Source: Podarcis cretensis (lineage: Eukaryota). Taken from it: 64,000 bases of DNA. Both the position numbers and the translations under genes were made by a program. Location of the stretch: positions 22,444,001 through 22,508,000 of the forward strand of contig OX638166.1 of assembly GCA_951804945.1 (NCBI GenBank), given 5' to 3'. Each line of letters starts with the position of its first letter. Position 1 is the first letter of the stretch. Below are positions 13,098 through 25,558 of this stretch, piece after piece. Below the pieces are notes generated by a model that saw nothing but the letters and a program-made list of their open reading frames with translations, made no database searches and had not been told where the DNA came from.

Positions 13098-13239
13098 GAA
13101 GAAGCATTTGGCTCCTTTCCTGCCTAGCCACCCTGTCATTGCATTGCAGCATGATAAGGATTCCAGCCCACTGGGAACCATCAGTGCTGCTCCTTGGGGG
13201 TCCAGTGCTATATTGCCTATTTCCTGGGCTTATATCAAG
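13098..13239 (+). CDS. GLDC: GLDC exon 20
   Basis: tttag|G AAG...AAG|gtataa; [47 protein letters not shown]; 142 bp. Confidence 0.96.
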
Positions 13240-13247
13240 GTATAACT

Positions 13248-13417
13248 GGGACGCAGGTGGCACTGTGGTCTAAACCACTGAGCCTCTCGGGTTTGCCGAT
13301 CAGAAGGTCAGCAGTTTGAATCCCCATGACGGGGTGAGCTCCTGTTGCTCTGCCCCAGTTCCTGCCAACCTAGCAGTTTGAAAGCACATCAGTGCAAGTA
13401 GATAAATAGGTACCGCT
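13248..13417 (+). mobile_element. Sauria SINE 5' half
   Basis: GGGACGCAGGTGGCACTGTGGTCTAAACC...GCAAGTAGATAAATAGGTACCGCT; 3' half missing. Confidence 0.85.
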
Positions 13418-13561
13418 GCTTTGAATGGCATTTCCATGCACTCTGGCAGAGGTTCCCTTTATTTTTCTAGAATCCGATACATCTGAAGAAGTGTGCATAG
13501 CAGGCTCTGTGAATAATTGCTTAACCTACATGTTCTTATTGTTGGCTCTTTGTCCCTTCAG

Positions 13562-13673
13562 ATGATGGGAGGAAAAGGTCTCAAGCATGCATCAGAGATT
13601 GCAATATTAAATGCTAACTACATGGCAAAGAGACTAGAGAAGCACTACAAAGTCCTTTTTAAAGGAGCCAGAG
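13562..13673 (+). CDS. GLDC: GLDC exon 21 (followed by GC donor)
   Basis: ttcag|ATG...AGA G|gcaagt; [37 protein letters not shown]; 112 bp; phase matches the next exon. Confidence 0.94.
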
Positions 13674-15584
13674 GCAAGTATTTCAGCCTAACATGAAGTT
13701 GTCCATAGTCCCAGGAGACAGTGGTACACACCAAAAATGAGGAGTGGAGGGTTATTGGTTTGCTTTGTTTTTGTTTTCATTATGTAATTTGTGTTTTTAT
13801 TTGTATTTTTATGCCCTGAGATCTTTGGATGAAGGGCAGCATACAAAATAAATAAATTTAAATCGCAGTTCGACCAGGAGGCAAAATAAATAGTGTTGCA
13901 GAAGTAACTTTTCTCTTTTGGAAAATCCATCCAAGCAAATAAGGTGAATAATTCCAGTATGCAGACTAATTAATCCATAACACAGAAAGTGCAATAAAAA
14001 TAGGAAACCCCGAAAATATGGAATGGTCTATCAAATATAAATCTCAAAATAAACAAGGCGTACAAAGCTATTAGACTTAAAAAAGAGAGTTGATAATTGA
14101 TTGTATTTCTCTGAAGAAGGATCAGTTGGGTCCAAAATGTGTTGGAATAGCAAGCATCCTTTTTAATCCTACCCTGATGGGTCTTTGCTCCTGCTTTCTG
14201 ACTGATCCATGGCAACAGTGGAGACCATCCCCTCCCTCCAGTTGAAAGAATTGCATAATTCTGTCCCTTCATTTCAGGAAAGATCTGTCCAGCAGGGTAG
14301 CTGATCATACTGGCGCTTACACAACCTTGTGCTGTACTAAGCTTTTGTGTTACTGCCTCTCCGTCCTTTCCTTTGTCACTAGCCTTGTTTGAAGGTCACG
14401 ATAAACTGTTTTATAATTATGAAGAGAGCCTGGACAAGTCTCAGGCTCATGTAATCCTTCCCTACTCCCTTCCTGCAGAGTGACCGCAAGGAATTTGGAA
14501 GTAAAATCATCTGATCTCCTTCAGCACACATGGGGGCGGGGGCGGGCAGGAAGCTCAATACGCTAAAAGCTTGTGAATATAACTACAAACAAATGTTTAT
14601 TTGCAGAGAGGTTGCTGGATTAGTCTGTTGCCAAGTCTTATGGTACCTTAAAGGCTGACAATTCTGGGACAGTCTTTTGTGAATGAGAGTCCGCTACATC
14701 AAATGTGTGGAGCATGAACCTTGGTTGTTAGGTGTAATAAAGCCTGGAGTTCAGCAGCAGTGAAATGCAAAACTATTGTTTTGAGTTGTTGCAACTAATC
14801 TTATGCAAAATAGCCATCATTGCATCTAAACCAGGCTGGGGAGTCATCCTGTTGCACCCACTATCCCAGCCTCCTGACAAAGAGTATTGGCCCACTAGCA
14901 ATCTAAATAATATGGGCTAAAAGGCGTTTGTGGATGAATTCATCCTCCTAAGAGGATATTCTCCAAAGCTGTAGGAGCAGCTGTGGACTTGTCTGCTTCT
15001 CCTCAATAATATATGTGCGTGCCCCCTCCCTACAAATTGTTAGAGCTGTGTCGTGTACTCTCTCACTGCACTGTGCTTTAATCAGGGGTGCTTTTTCCCT
15101 GTCAAGGATCAAATTCAGTCATGGTAATCTGTTGGAGAGGGCACAATCCAGCAGTGGGTGTAGCTAAAAATGAAGTGTTCTGGATTAACTAATTCAGAAT
15201 TTTTAAAACCCCCATTCTGCTTCAGTTTTCAGTTCAGAATTCCCAGTCCTATGCTCAAAGGTAACCCCCACTGGGTACTCTCAATCAGACGGCATTTATT
15301 TTCTGGGGTGTCAGAGAGCACTATTTGGTACCCAGCACTCCTAAGCGTCCGTAGGAAGCTGTTGGGGGTGGTCATTATGGGATATGGAGCAAACTGTCAT
15401 CAGTATGCTGGTGACACACAGCGGTTCCTGCAAACTATACTTATTTTAAACCCTGGCAAGACAAAGAGCTTGGAAGTTGATGTACAGGAATAACGCACCT
15501 GAGTTATGGATACTGAAAGCTACTTTGTGGTCACATTTTATTTTTCTACAAATATAAATTTTAGAATAAAATTTTCATACGCAG

Positions 15585-15680
15585 GTTATGTAGCTCATGA
15601 ATTTATTTTGGACACCCGACCTTTCAAGAAGACAGCAAATATTGACGCTGTGGATGTCGCTAAACGGCTTCAGGATTATG
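15585..15680 (+). CDS. GLDC: GLDC exon 22
   Basis: cgcag|GT TAT...G|gtgagt; [32 protein letters not shown]; 96 bp. Confidence 0.97.
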
Positions 15681-16159
15681 GTGAGTTGTCAAATGGGCAA
15701 CGTTCCCTCCTGTCTTTTATCACAATTAAAATGTAGGATTGAATCCTGTGGTGGTAAGAATTATGAAAGCTGTTTAACCAGCTCATCCAGCACCATGTGG
15801 GCTCCTGCCATCAGGCAAAATTGAGAGCCACTTGTTTTTTACCATTTACCCTCCCACTGGACATGTCTGAATTCTCTCCTGGTTTGGTGGGGAGTCAGGC
15901 GATCGGGAGAACATGATTATGGATGTCCACAAATTTGACATTTGGGTTTATGCAACTGCTGCAAGCTGAGAATACATAAGGAGAGAGACGACTGTGCTTA
16001 AAATAACTGCCCCCCCCCCCAGTTGGTCAGTAACTGGGCATTGTAAATGGCCTTGCTGTATGTAGCGAGGAAGAATATGTAATACCGAAGAGTGTTCCTT
16101 GAACTCTGAAAACATGTTGTTTAGACTTTGCTTAGGGTCCTGGTCTGTTGGAAAGGTAG

Positions 16160-16378
<219 letters not shown>

Positions 16379-16507
16379 TAATTATTTGTAGCAGTTGCTC
16401 TTCATCAAGATTGTTTTGAAGTAAATTGCCTACGATTGATGCTGAAGTCCCCAGGACTCTGCAGTTTAGCGCAGAAAAAGGCAAAAGCCAGCATTTATTC
16501 TATTTCT

Positions 16508-16890
16508 AGCCTCAGTCCAGTATATCTGAAGGAGTGTCTCCACCCCCATCGTTCTACCCGGACACTGAGGTCCAGCACCGAGGGCCTTCTGGCAGTTCCC
16601 TCACTGCAAGAACCCAAGTTACAGGGAACCAGGCAGAGGGCCTTCTCGGTAGTGGCACCCACCCTGTGGAACGCCCTCCCACCAGATGTCAAAGAGAACA
16701 ACTACCAGACTTCTAAAAGACATCTGAAGGCAGCCCTGTTTAGGGAAGCTTTTAATGTTTGATGTATCACAGTATTTTAATATTCTTTTGAAAGCCGCCC
16801 AGAGTGGCTGGGGAAGCCCAGCCAGATGGGCGGGGTATAAATAATAAGTTATTATATTATTATTATTATTATTATATTATTATTATTATT
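16508..16890 (+). mobile_element. L2-clade LINE 3' fragment with (ATT)n tail
   Basis: PVYLKECLHPHRSTRTLRSS...RAFSVVAPTLWNALP; 3' stem-loop ccgccc-tggctggggaagcccagcca-gggcgg; ATT tail. Confidence 0.8.
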
Positions 16891-17193
16891 CTAGCTGTTG
16901 TGTCTCATGGTATAGGCCCTGTACTCCTCCTACTGCAATATATTATAGGCATGTGGCTCCACTTGATTTTTAACAGCATCTGCTAGAAAACCTGATTCAC
17001 TGTTCCCCATTCAGAGAGCTAGTCTTAGTCACATCTTACTGAAACCAATAGGACTCATTTGTTGGTTTTTGTTGGTTATTGATTTCAGTGGAACTTAGCA
17101 GATCTTTCTCTTAGCTGAGTCTATTACTACTGTTTGAGTATTTATATTATTACTGAATTGAATTATATTATTATTTTGTATACTTTAACTTAG

Positions 17194-17274
17194 ATGTCAC
17201 CACATACCTTGACCTGCATTGCTGCTCCTAACTGGGACCGTCCTTACTCCAGAGAAGTAGCTGTTTTTCCATTG
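17194..17274 (+). CDS. GLDC: GLDC exon 24
   Basis: ttag|ATG...TTG|gtaagt; [27 protein letters not shown]; 81 bp. Confidence 0.96.
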
Positions 17275-18134
17275 GTAAGTAATGAGTTAACATGGGAAGC
17301 TTTCCTCATTTTCATTTGAGCAGCCAGTTTTATTAGACAGCATTACTACTGGAAAACATTAGGAACCTTGTCAGCCAACCTTAAAAAGAAAGGTACATCA
17401 GATTTGCCAAAAAGAGATGGCATAAAGGCTAGGATTAAGCTGCCTCTTCCTTCCTGCTATAGCCTTTGTAATTATCTGCCTTCTCAGCTGATGCTGATTT
17501 GAAAGAGGTCCTGTAAGTTAAATACAAAGGTAGCTTGGAGCCAGAAAACGTTATCCTCTAACTGGAATTTGGTGAGGATAACATAAGTAGGTTAAAACAG
17601 AAATGTAAAGACCTTGAACTATTGGTTATTTATGGCTAATGTTATGATGGAACCCTGAACTTATGTGGCAGTTAGTGGATAACTACCTCACATTTTATAA
17701 TGCTTAAATTATTCTGAGGGATCTTTCCATTGGTCTCAGAAAGAAATCATTCCTTACAGCAGGCAGCAGAACCCTGATACCAAACACATTAGTTATGTTG
17801 AATTCACAAAGTGTATCCTTTGTCACTTCTGTCATTTTGAAACTTGGGGGCATCAAAGCAGTTTGAGATACTCCATGGGGCTAAAATTAGCAACTGGCTC
17901 AAACTCCTTTCATGAGTTGAAACATGGAACTAATTTCACCCAACTTCTAAAACTTCAGGCTTTGAAGGATAAACCAGCCAGTGCACAACAGCTCTTATAG
18001 TACCTAATGAAGCTGGCTATTGCCTCTTGTACATGCTGCAGTATGCCCATTACTCTTTAATGTACCATAGAATATTGTCTGCTAATTGTCGGCAATTTAA
18101 AAATTACCTACTGGATATTTTTCTCCCACTTTAG

Positions 18135-18278
<144 letters not shown>

Positions 18279-18936
18279 GGTCAGTCTCCCCATGCCTTAC
18301 CCTGTTCCTTTTGAGGTGACCAGGCTCGACCTCCCTTGCTATGCTTCAGGAAGGATGGGCTCTTCTGCCCAGTGAACCATTTTTTTTATACGGTGTATAT
18401 TTTTGTAATCTCCATACTGTTGATTAAATTTCTGTGCAGCTATGTAAATATACTTTAGGTGGAAACAAACTGACTTGATGCAGTGCCTCAGTTTCCACAG
18501 CAGTTCATGCTGAAGTGGCCTTGATTTAACACTCTTTGATCAATTCAGGACCAAGGCTGCTTTCCTGTGTTGAGGAGCGCTAAACATAGAACAGTATGTG
18601 TAAAAATAGAACCCTTTTTGTTATTGTTAAACTGGGCCCTGATAATACTTCTGTGATAGAGAGCAATCCCAGTTTATTTTGAATAACGCCTATACTGTGG
18701 GATTCTTTTTTGGGCTCAGGCTGTTTGGTGGCTAAAATTATAGTCATTCACTTTGTATGAACTGAAAGACAGAGCCCACAATATGCTGAAACAAAGGAAA
18801 GTAAGCTCCTCTGTACCTCACTTTGTATTAGATTGTGGCTATATACTTTTGTAGTTTGTATTAATTAAATTTATATATTGCTTCTACTGTTGATAATGTC
18901 GTTTTTTCTTTTTTAAACTCCCTGTGGTAGCATTCC

Positions 18937-18942
18937 AATAAA
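18937..18942 (+). terminator. Probable GLDC polyadenylation signal
   Basis: First AATAAA seen downstream of the GLDC stop, ~660 nt into the 3'UTR, in a U-rich context. Confidence 0.6.
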
Positions 18943-19426
18943 ATCTAGAGGTTGTAATAGCTTTTGAAACCTGATTTCAAAGTCTCATTTAAAACAAGAT
19001 TTTCTGAAAGTGTGTGGTATTTTGTTATGTGCTTTTGTGAACTATTTATAGTGTATTCTATGCTTGCATTAACGGGAAGGGGTGCTTCTACAATGCATTG
19101 TGTTCTACCCAAGATACCAGGTGAGGCTTGGGGTAGTATATTTGTGAATCCCCCCCCCCCTTTGAGATAGCATTCTGCAAAAACCCAGTGAGTTTGGCTT
19201 TCTGCCAACAAACAAAAAAAATGCAGAAGGCCAATTTCTCCACAACTAAGGTCTTTAAAAAATGTTTTGTATAATATAGCTTTCTAATGCAAATTGCCCA
19301 AAGATATTAAACCCGAGACCAAACACCTTGTTATCAAAAGTTTTCAAATATACATTCAGCCATCTTCCAGGAAACACTGTCTTATGGCTGCAAAATACAA
19401 ACTAACACTTTATGAATCATAAAATA

Positions 19427-19432
19427 TTTAAT
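19427..19432 (-). terminator. Candidate UHRF2 polyadenylation signal (ATTAAA)
   Basis: tttaat on + = ATTAAA on -, ~890 nt past the UHRF2 stop, followed by GU/U-rich sequence on -. Confidence 0.45.
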
Positions 19433-20318
19433 AAGGTATATTGGGGAAGAGGAATATACTGTATATAAAATTTCAGATCACAATATGAAGCGATTTGAGC
19501 CCTCTCCAAGCTAGCACTGCTCTCAATGCTGTGTAAGATGTATTGCCACTGATACAAGACCTACTAAAAGCATACAGTTTTACCTAATACAAAAGTGGCT
19601 TGTTTCATATGAAATAGTTTTTACACAACTAGAGTGTTTTGAATACCCTCTTTAAGTGCAAAAAACACAAATCACTTTACATTAACAGCAACAATGCATT
19701 CATATTGTTCTCAGTCATTAGTAGTCAACTTGCATAAGATACAAGAGCACAATGACGCTCACAAAAATAGACTAAAAGCCTGTTCTTGCAAAAGAAAAAC
19801 AGCATAATGGCAGGAAATGCACACGCACAAAAAGATTATGCACACCACGGAATTTGATGTTCTGTAATTAAAAACTGGCTTAAGTGCTGTTTTCTTGTTT
19901 TAAAATCAAACTGCATGGACCAGGCAAACTAATATTCAGGAGGCAGTGTGTAGCTGAACTTCATCTGACGCGCTCTTAAAATTCCCCACAATTTGTTTTC
20001 CTCCATCTGAGGTAGTTACAAAAAACAATCTGAAGCATCCACTGTTGTGGCCAGTCAGAGCCAAGGCTTGTATTCCCCCTCCCTTGTTGTCATCTGTCCA
20101 AAACTACCTTCAGTGTTGAAAGTCAGCTGAGAATGTGAAGTTCTCACTACACAAAAAAGATTGCAAAATGGGAAAGAAGGTTGAGTTAGCCGCTCCACAA
20201 TGTGACAGTCATATGAACTGCGCTCAAGCCAGCTGGTCCACTTTTGAATTTTCCTGGTTTCTTCTCTTTGTACAGTCTGTAAGTCATTAAGAGAAGTATA
20301 CTGAGAACTGAACTCGTA

Positions 20319-20465
20319 TCATCGTCCTTTGCTGTAACCAGGGAAGAACTGGTCAAGTAGTGTCTGCAGTATTTTGTTGGGAACCATGGTGTAGCCCTTT
20401 CCAAGGTCGTGTCGGCAAGCAGGGCAGGTGAAGACTTCAGCTCTAAAGGAGCGCTGTAAACAGCT
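20319..20465 (-). CDS. UHRF2: UHRF2 exon 16, terminal (RING C-terminal half)
   Basis: catag|AGC...TGA; [48 protein letters not shown]. Confidence 0.96.
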   Translation of the reverse strand, partial: SCLQRSFRAEVFTCPACRHDLGKGYTMVPNKILQTLLDQFFPGYSKGR

Positions 20466-21414
20466 CTATGTTACAGAATGATAAGGAATATGTTTAGGAC
20501 GCAACTTAAAATATGGTTCACAAAAAAATGAAATATCAGCTAAGTGCCAAAAATAGACTTTTGGGCTTTCTGTGTTTACAGAAAGCCTTTTCCTGAGATC
20601 ACATCAACTGACAAAAACATAACAGGGCTACCGGAATATGCTAAATAAATATACCAGTTATGTTATGAGGGATTGGTACTGTGCTATTTTTCTGCATAAA
20701 GGTAGTCCATTATTTTTCTAGCAGTAGTCTGTCATATGTTATAAATGAATTCTGTTTAAACATTTGCAAAATCAGTAGCACTAATGTATGTTGAGCCCTA
20801 ATTTGTTGTGCAGCCTGCTTCAGACAGAATAGTCGATCACAGTTTTATACAACCAAGGAGAGTATCGGAAGTATTCACCTGGAAGTTTTTAAACTAACCA
20901 CAGTTCCCTGTGCCATCATACACAAAAGTGTCTTGTGCAAAGAACGATCTAGATCACAACTTTCAGTAAAACTAAACTAACTTGTACACAAATGCTGGTG
21001 AATGGCTCTACATTTGTTACAGGCAAAGCTATGTTCTCTCATGATTTTTTAAAAAGCTTACAAGTACTTTCTAAACAGCCAGGAGCTATGGCACATGGAA
21101 TAACATTCCCAGGTGCCCTATCCTTGGCAGACAAAAATCTTGGCTACTACAAGCACTCAAATACCAGGTGCTCAGTAGTGGTCTTTTTGCAAATGTTTAA
21201 CAATGAAATCTAGGTTAGTGAGTGGGGTCAGGATGTGGAATTGTGTGGTTTCCCCGCCTTCCCATAATGTGTGAAAATTCTCTTTTACCTGCTTTGGGGC
21301 TTAGTGTTTGCTGCATTCATCCTTTACCAGCCCTGCTTAAAATGAATCCCGGTACTCTCCTAAACTCACTTTGGCAGCCCTAATTAACAATGGAGTTTTA
21401 ACATTAGTTTAGGC

Positions 21415-21497
21415 CAGGCATAGGCAAACTCAGCCCTCCAGATGTTTTGGGACTACAACTCCTATCATCCCTGACCACTGGTCCTATTAGCTAGGGT
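21415..21497. mobile_element. Partial palindromic hAT-type MITE
   Basis: caggcataggcaaactcagccctccagatgttttgggactacaactcc... one arm only. Confidence 0.65.
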
Positions 21498-22402
21498 TCA
21501 TTTACATATACAATTGTTTTATATTTGTTTTGTGAAATCACTTTGAGAAGCGAAATTGGAAGCAATTCATAAATGATGTTGGTGGTTTTGTCATTTTCCC
21601 ATAGAGCTCAAAGATGAGAGAAATGTACCCTCTGTTGGATCAAAAAGGCATTTCTCTTTGTTCCTTCTAGCATTCTATAGTTTAAATGGATTTTGTGAAT
21701 GTGACCCCTACCAACATTTAAAGAGTTGTTTATACGCTCTCCAAAAAACCAAGTCAAAATTATGAACATTAGGACAAATAATTTTTACAAGGCACAATTC
21801 TGCCAAAGTTATCTTGATTTCAATGGAAGAGATAAGAATGTGCTTAAATCTCTGCCCATGGGGACTCTGAAATAGATCCAGCCTATGTACGGGAAAAGTA
21901 ACTGATATCCTTTACCTACTTCGTTCAGTCAAAATGAAAAATAACTCATCTCGTTTTTAGTTGCAATGTAAAACTGTGCCAGTTCAGGGGTGAGCAGACC
22001 TACTTTGTCCTACTTTCTCTAAGCTACCACTTTTCAGGGCTGCAGCTGGTGAACTTGGAAATTCCAGGTGGACATACACTGAAAAGTGTCTCGTTCTTTA
22101 ATTATAAGTATCTTAGTCCAGGAATTTGTTTTCTGTATCCCAACCCCCAACATTACTTCAGTAGCCAATATGCAGAAAAAAGTTGCTGCTACTGTTAAAC
22201 AGCCGGGAGTCAGAAGTCATTGATGATCTAATGCTAATTACTCAAGGATCTACCAGTATACCCCGATCTACTTTCTGCCAACCCCTGGTCTTGTACCTCT
22301 TTCAAGGAAGGAACAGAGTGAGTTTAAAATGCTGGTGACTTGCTTTCCAATAGAACCAATGGTTCCAAGATCAAGAGGAAACATCACTACGGTGCTACTT
22401 AC

Positions 22403-22501
22403 TTTACAGACATTGTGGAGGCACTCTGTGGTCACTGGTTGGTATACCAGCTCCTGGCAGCAGACACACATAAAAGATTGTTCCAGTTTCTTCAAAAAGT
22501 T
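22403..22501 (-). CDS. UHRF2: UHRF2 exon 15 (RING N-terminal half)
   Basis: catag|AAC...AAA|gtaagt; [33 protein letters not shown]; 99 bp. Confidence 0.97.
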
Positions 22502-22782
22502 CTATGGCAAGATAAGAGAAAAATAAGTTACACAATGAAATTCTAGGCTGCATGCATCAAGCAAATCCTTCATCTTGGTTGTTTAAAATAAATCACCTCT
22601 TCATAAAAAGGTCTTATTCCTGTAAAGTAACTCCTACATTCTACAAAGAGCAGAATGTTATGTGGTTAAACTAAGCACAAACATACCTTCTACTTCAATA
22701 AATGTGCTATACATATTGATCCCTTCTTGTCACTGCAAGAAAGGTTAAAATGCAGAATGTGAGTTACTCTAAGAAAACATAC

Positions 22783-22961
22783 TGGTCCTTCCTTAAGAGA
22801 AGCGAGAACTTCATCCCACAGCTTCTGGTTCGGTGAATCTTCCTGAATCAACCACTGCTGTTGCTGAGTGAGCTGGAAAGCTTCTCCTTTGCCGCCGTCT
22901 CCTTTCCCTCCATCTTCCATCTTCATGACTTTGGCCACGTTTGTAGGTTCCTCAATTCCTT
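22783..22961 (-). CDS. UHRF2: UHRF2 exon 14
   Basis: ttcag|AA GGA...CCA|gtatgt; EGIEEPTNVAKVMKMEDGG...QKLWDEVLASLKEGP; 179 bp (or 176 bp via tandem acceptor). Confidence 0.92.
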
Positions 22962-23059
22962 CTGAAAAATAATGAAAAAGCATTATAATCCTGGGGTGAC
23001 TTAGTGAGGAAATGATAAAAATTCTTCCCATTCAGCTGTATTCTGGAAAATGCAATGAT

Positions 23060-23132
<73 letters not shown>
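23060..23132. repeat. Compound (TA)n(CA)n microsatellite
   Basis: Direct reading. Confidence 0.95.
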
Positions 23133-23138
<6 letters not shown>

Positions 23139-23860
23139 TAAAAACATTGTAGACTGTACAATGTTCACTTTATTTTTTTCTTCAGCTTCATATTTGGCAC
23201 CTACATTCTGGCAAAATATCTACCCTATTTCCCCCCCTACAATGTACTTTTTCTGGGGCCAAACTCAAGCAGGTCCCATTAAGACAAAATTTGGCTGCCA
23301 TGAACCATTGTGTTAGGCAGTGAACACCAGCTGTCCCAATTTGAAGTCAATGTGTCTGAAAGACGGGGCTGCAGCAAGCAGCTTTTCTTTCAGAGGCTGC
23401 GTGGTTTCATGTGGGACTGCTTTCAGGTGCACCACATAAAAACCAAAGCGAGACTACAGCACTCCCTGTCACACAAACATAGATCATAGACCCATAGGAA
23501 CCCAGGTGTGCATCCTTATGATGCCAAAATGGTACCATCCACACAAAATACGGAGGCATCTGCAGGTTTGGGTGAGCCCCAGGTTCTATAGGGGGGAAAT
23601 CTTCAGAAAAAACTCTGAACTCCTACATAGTCCAACAAGGAATGGGCATTCTCAGAGGGAACAGAATGCTGACTGATTCTTTGAAGGCGGTGGCGAGAGA
23701 GACACAGAAAACCAGCTGGAGTATTATGGAGAGGGAGTGGCTGTCTGGGAAACTAACAGTAGAACACTACAACATTTTTTTCCAGCTTCTAGCTTTTATT
23801 ATTATTAGTTAGATTTATACACCACCCTTCATATCTCAGGGTGGTTCATAGACTAAAATA

Positions 23861-23953
23861 CAGTGGTGCCCCGCAAGACGAATGCCTCGCAAGACGAAAG
23901 AGTTTTCCGTTTTGGAGGTGCTTCGCAAAACGAATTTCCTATGGGCTTGCTTC
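23861..23953. mobile_element. Truncated Tc1/mariner MITE (family of 26916/28200/33928, opposite orientation) nested in an L2-like remnant
   Basis: TA-cagtggtgccccgcaagacgaatgcctcgcaagacg; followed by L2-like gagcattccacaaatggggagccaccacagagaaggccc. Confidence 0.75.
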
Positions 23954-24290
23954 TCTGGGGAGAGCATTCCACAAATGGGGAGCCACCACAGAGAAGGCCC
24001 GTTCTCATGTTATAACTCTCTGGATCCTTTTCTGGCAAATTTATATTTCGAAAGTTGACCTGGTGTTCCATCTAGTGTTAACTTGCAGTGTGAGATGTTC
24101 AGACTGCTGACATGACCACTCCTAAATGCCTTCTTTCTCTGAACAGAGCTCAACCACCACCTTGGCTCACCAATAAACTGATGCCAATGAAGTAGATGGG
24201 GGAACAAGCAATGATGCTTGGCCACTAGCCCTTACTTCTTTGAAAACAGAGAGCCTAGTAAGTTAATTCCCCTTCCTCCTGCTACCATAC

Positions 24291-24414
24291 CATCATCAAT
24301 CAGTCTTTTCTGATTTCCGTTGCTCTGTTCTGTTGGCTCCTGTTTCGTAGGTTGCTTTTTTACTTTATCCTTCTTTTCTTTACTCGCCATAGCTTCCAAA
24401 TAGCCTTCCGGGTA
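24291..24414 (-). CDS. UHRF2: UHRF2 exon 13 (basic linker)
   Basis: tgcag|TAC...G|gtatgg; YPEGYLEAMASKEKKDKVKKQPTKQEPTEQSNGNQKRLIDD; 124 bp. Confidence 0.94.
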
Positions 24415-25001
24415 CTGCAAAAGAAGAACATCAGGTCTGAAAAGTATCTTAACAATGTCCAGAATGACATCATTTTTAAAACCAAACTAACTTAAAATTA
24501 GGGCACAGAATGTAAGGAGCAGGCACCTGCGCAACTGACTCACAAAAAAGATCTGTCACAAGGGCATAAGCTGGACCTTGCTTTAAGATTCCTACCCTGG
24601 GACAAAAAACAGACAGACAGACCTCTGGGCTGTAGCTAACTCTTTTGCTTTTGACTTTCATTAGGGGAATGGCAGCTGTTTACCATTTCTTAAATTTTAT
24701 CAACCTGTCTAGGAATCCAAATGTGACCAAATGATATGAACATGACTACACACTTGATCACATGCAATATGAAATAAGGTATGGGCCTATTTCAGGCTTC
24801 TAAAACCTGTTCAATAAAGATTAGAGAGGAAAGAATAAATCATCTTGTTTTAACTAGCTGCCTTAACATCTTCAAAGTTGATCTTAATGAAGCTGGCTAC
24901 CAGAGATTTTCAAGAGAGTGCAGAGTTTCTCTAACATAGATGTTGTAACAGTTATGTTTCAAAAAAAACTTTTTAGAACTACAGTAACTTGACGTTCTAA
25001 C

Positions 25002-25139
25002 CTGTACACTCAAGCCCAATTTCTTTGACCTTTCCATTCCTTCTGAGGTCCATGGGGCAGGTTCAGCATCATCTCTTCTCAGAAGATAGCGCCAAACTAA
25101 GAATCCACATTTTCCAATTTCAGGCCAGTATTTCACCAC
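25002..25139 (-). CDS. UHRF2: UHRF2 exon 12 (SRA C-terminal)
   Basis: tttag|GTG...CAG|gttaga; [46 protein letters not shown]; 138 bp. Confidence 0.96.
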
Positions 25140-25558
25140 CTAAATGATAAAAGTTCCTATCACTGTTATGTTTTATCTTCCACAGTCTGAAGGCCTGTCC
25201 AATTAAATCCCTCCACTCCCCCCATTTATTATAATAAGTTTAATAAATGTCACCTCTATGTATTCATCAGTTTTAAGATAAAATGGTGCTTTCTGAAAAT
25301 GCAAGTTGATGCCTAGATCTGACTCTATTTCTATCATTTCTCATAATCTGCACTATCCTGTATGAGACTTCCTGAGACAGCAATGCACACCTAATGTGCA
25401 TAAACAGCTTAACTGCTGTATGTGCCCTGTGGGCCAATAAGAGGACAAATTTTTCAGGAAGATTCCCTGACTCTCTGGAGAGGCTTTCCAGGGAATACAA
25501 GGAAGTGCAGAAGTTGAGGCAGGGGGACAGGAAAGCCAGTTGTGCAACCCAAGATAAT

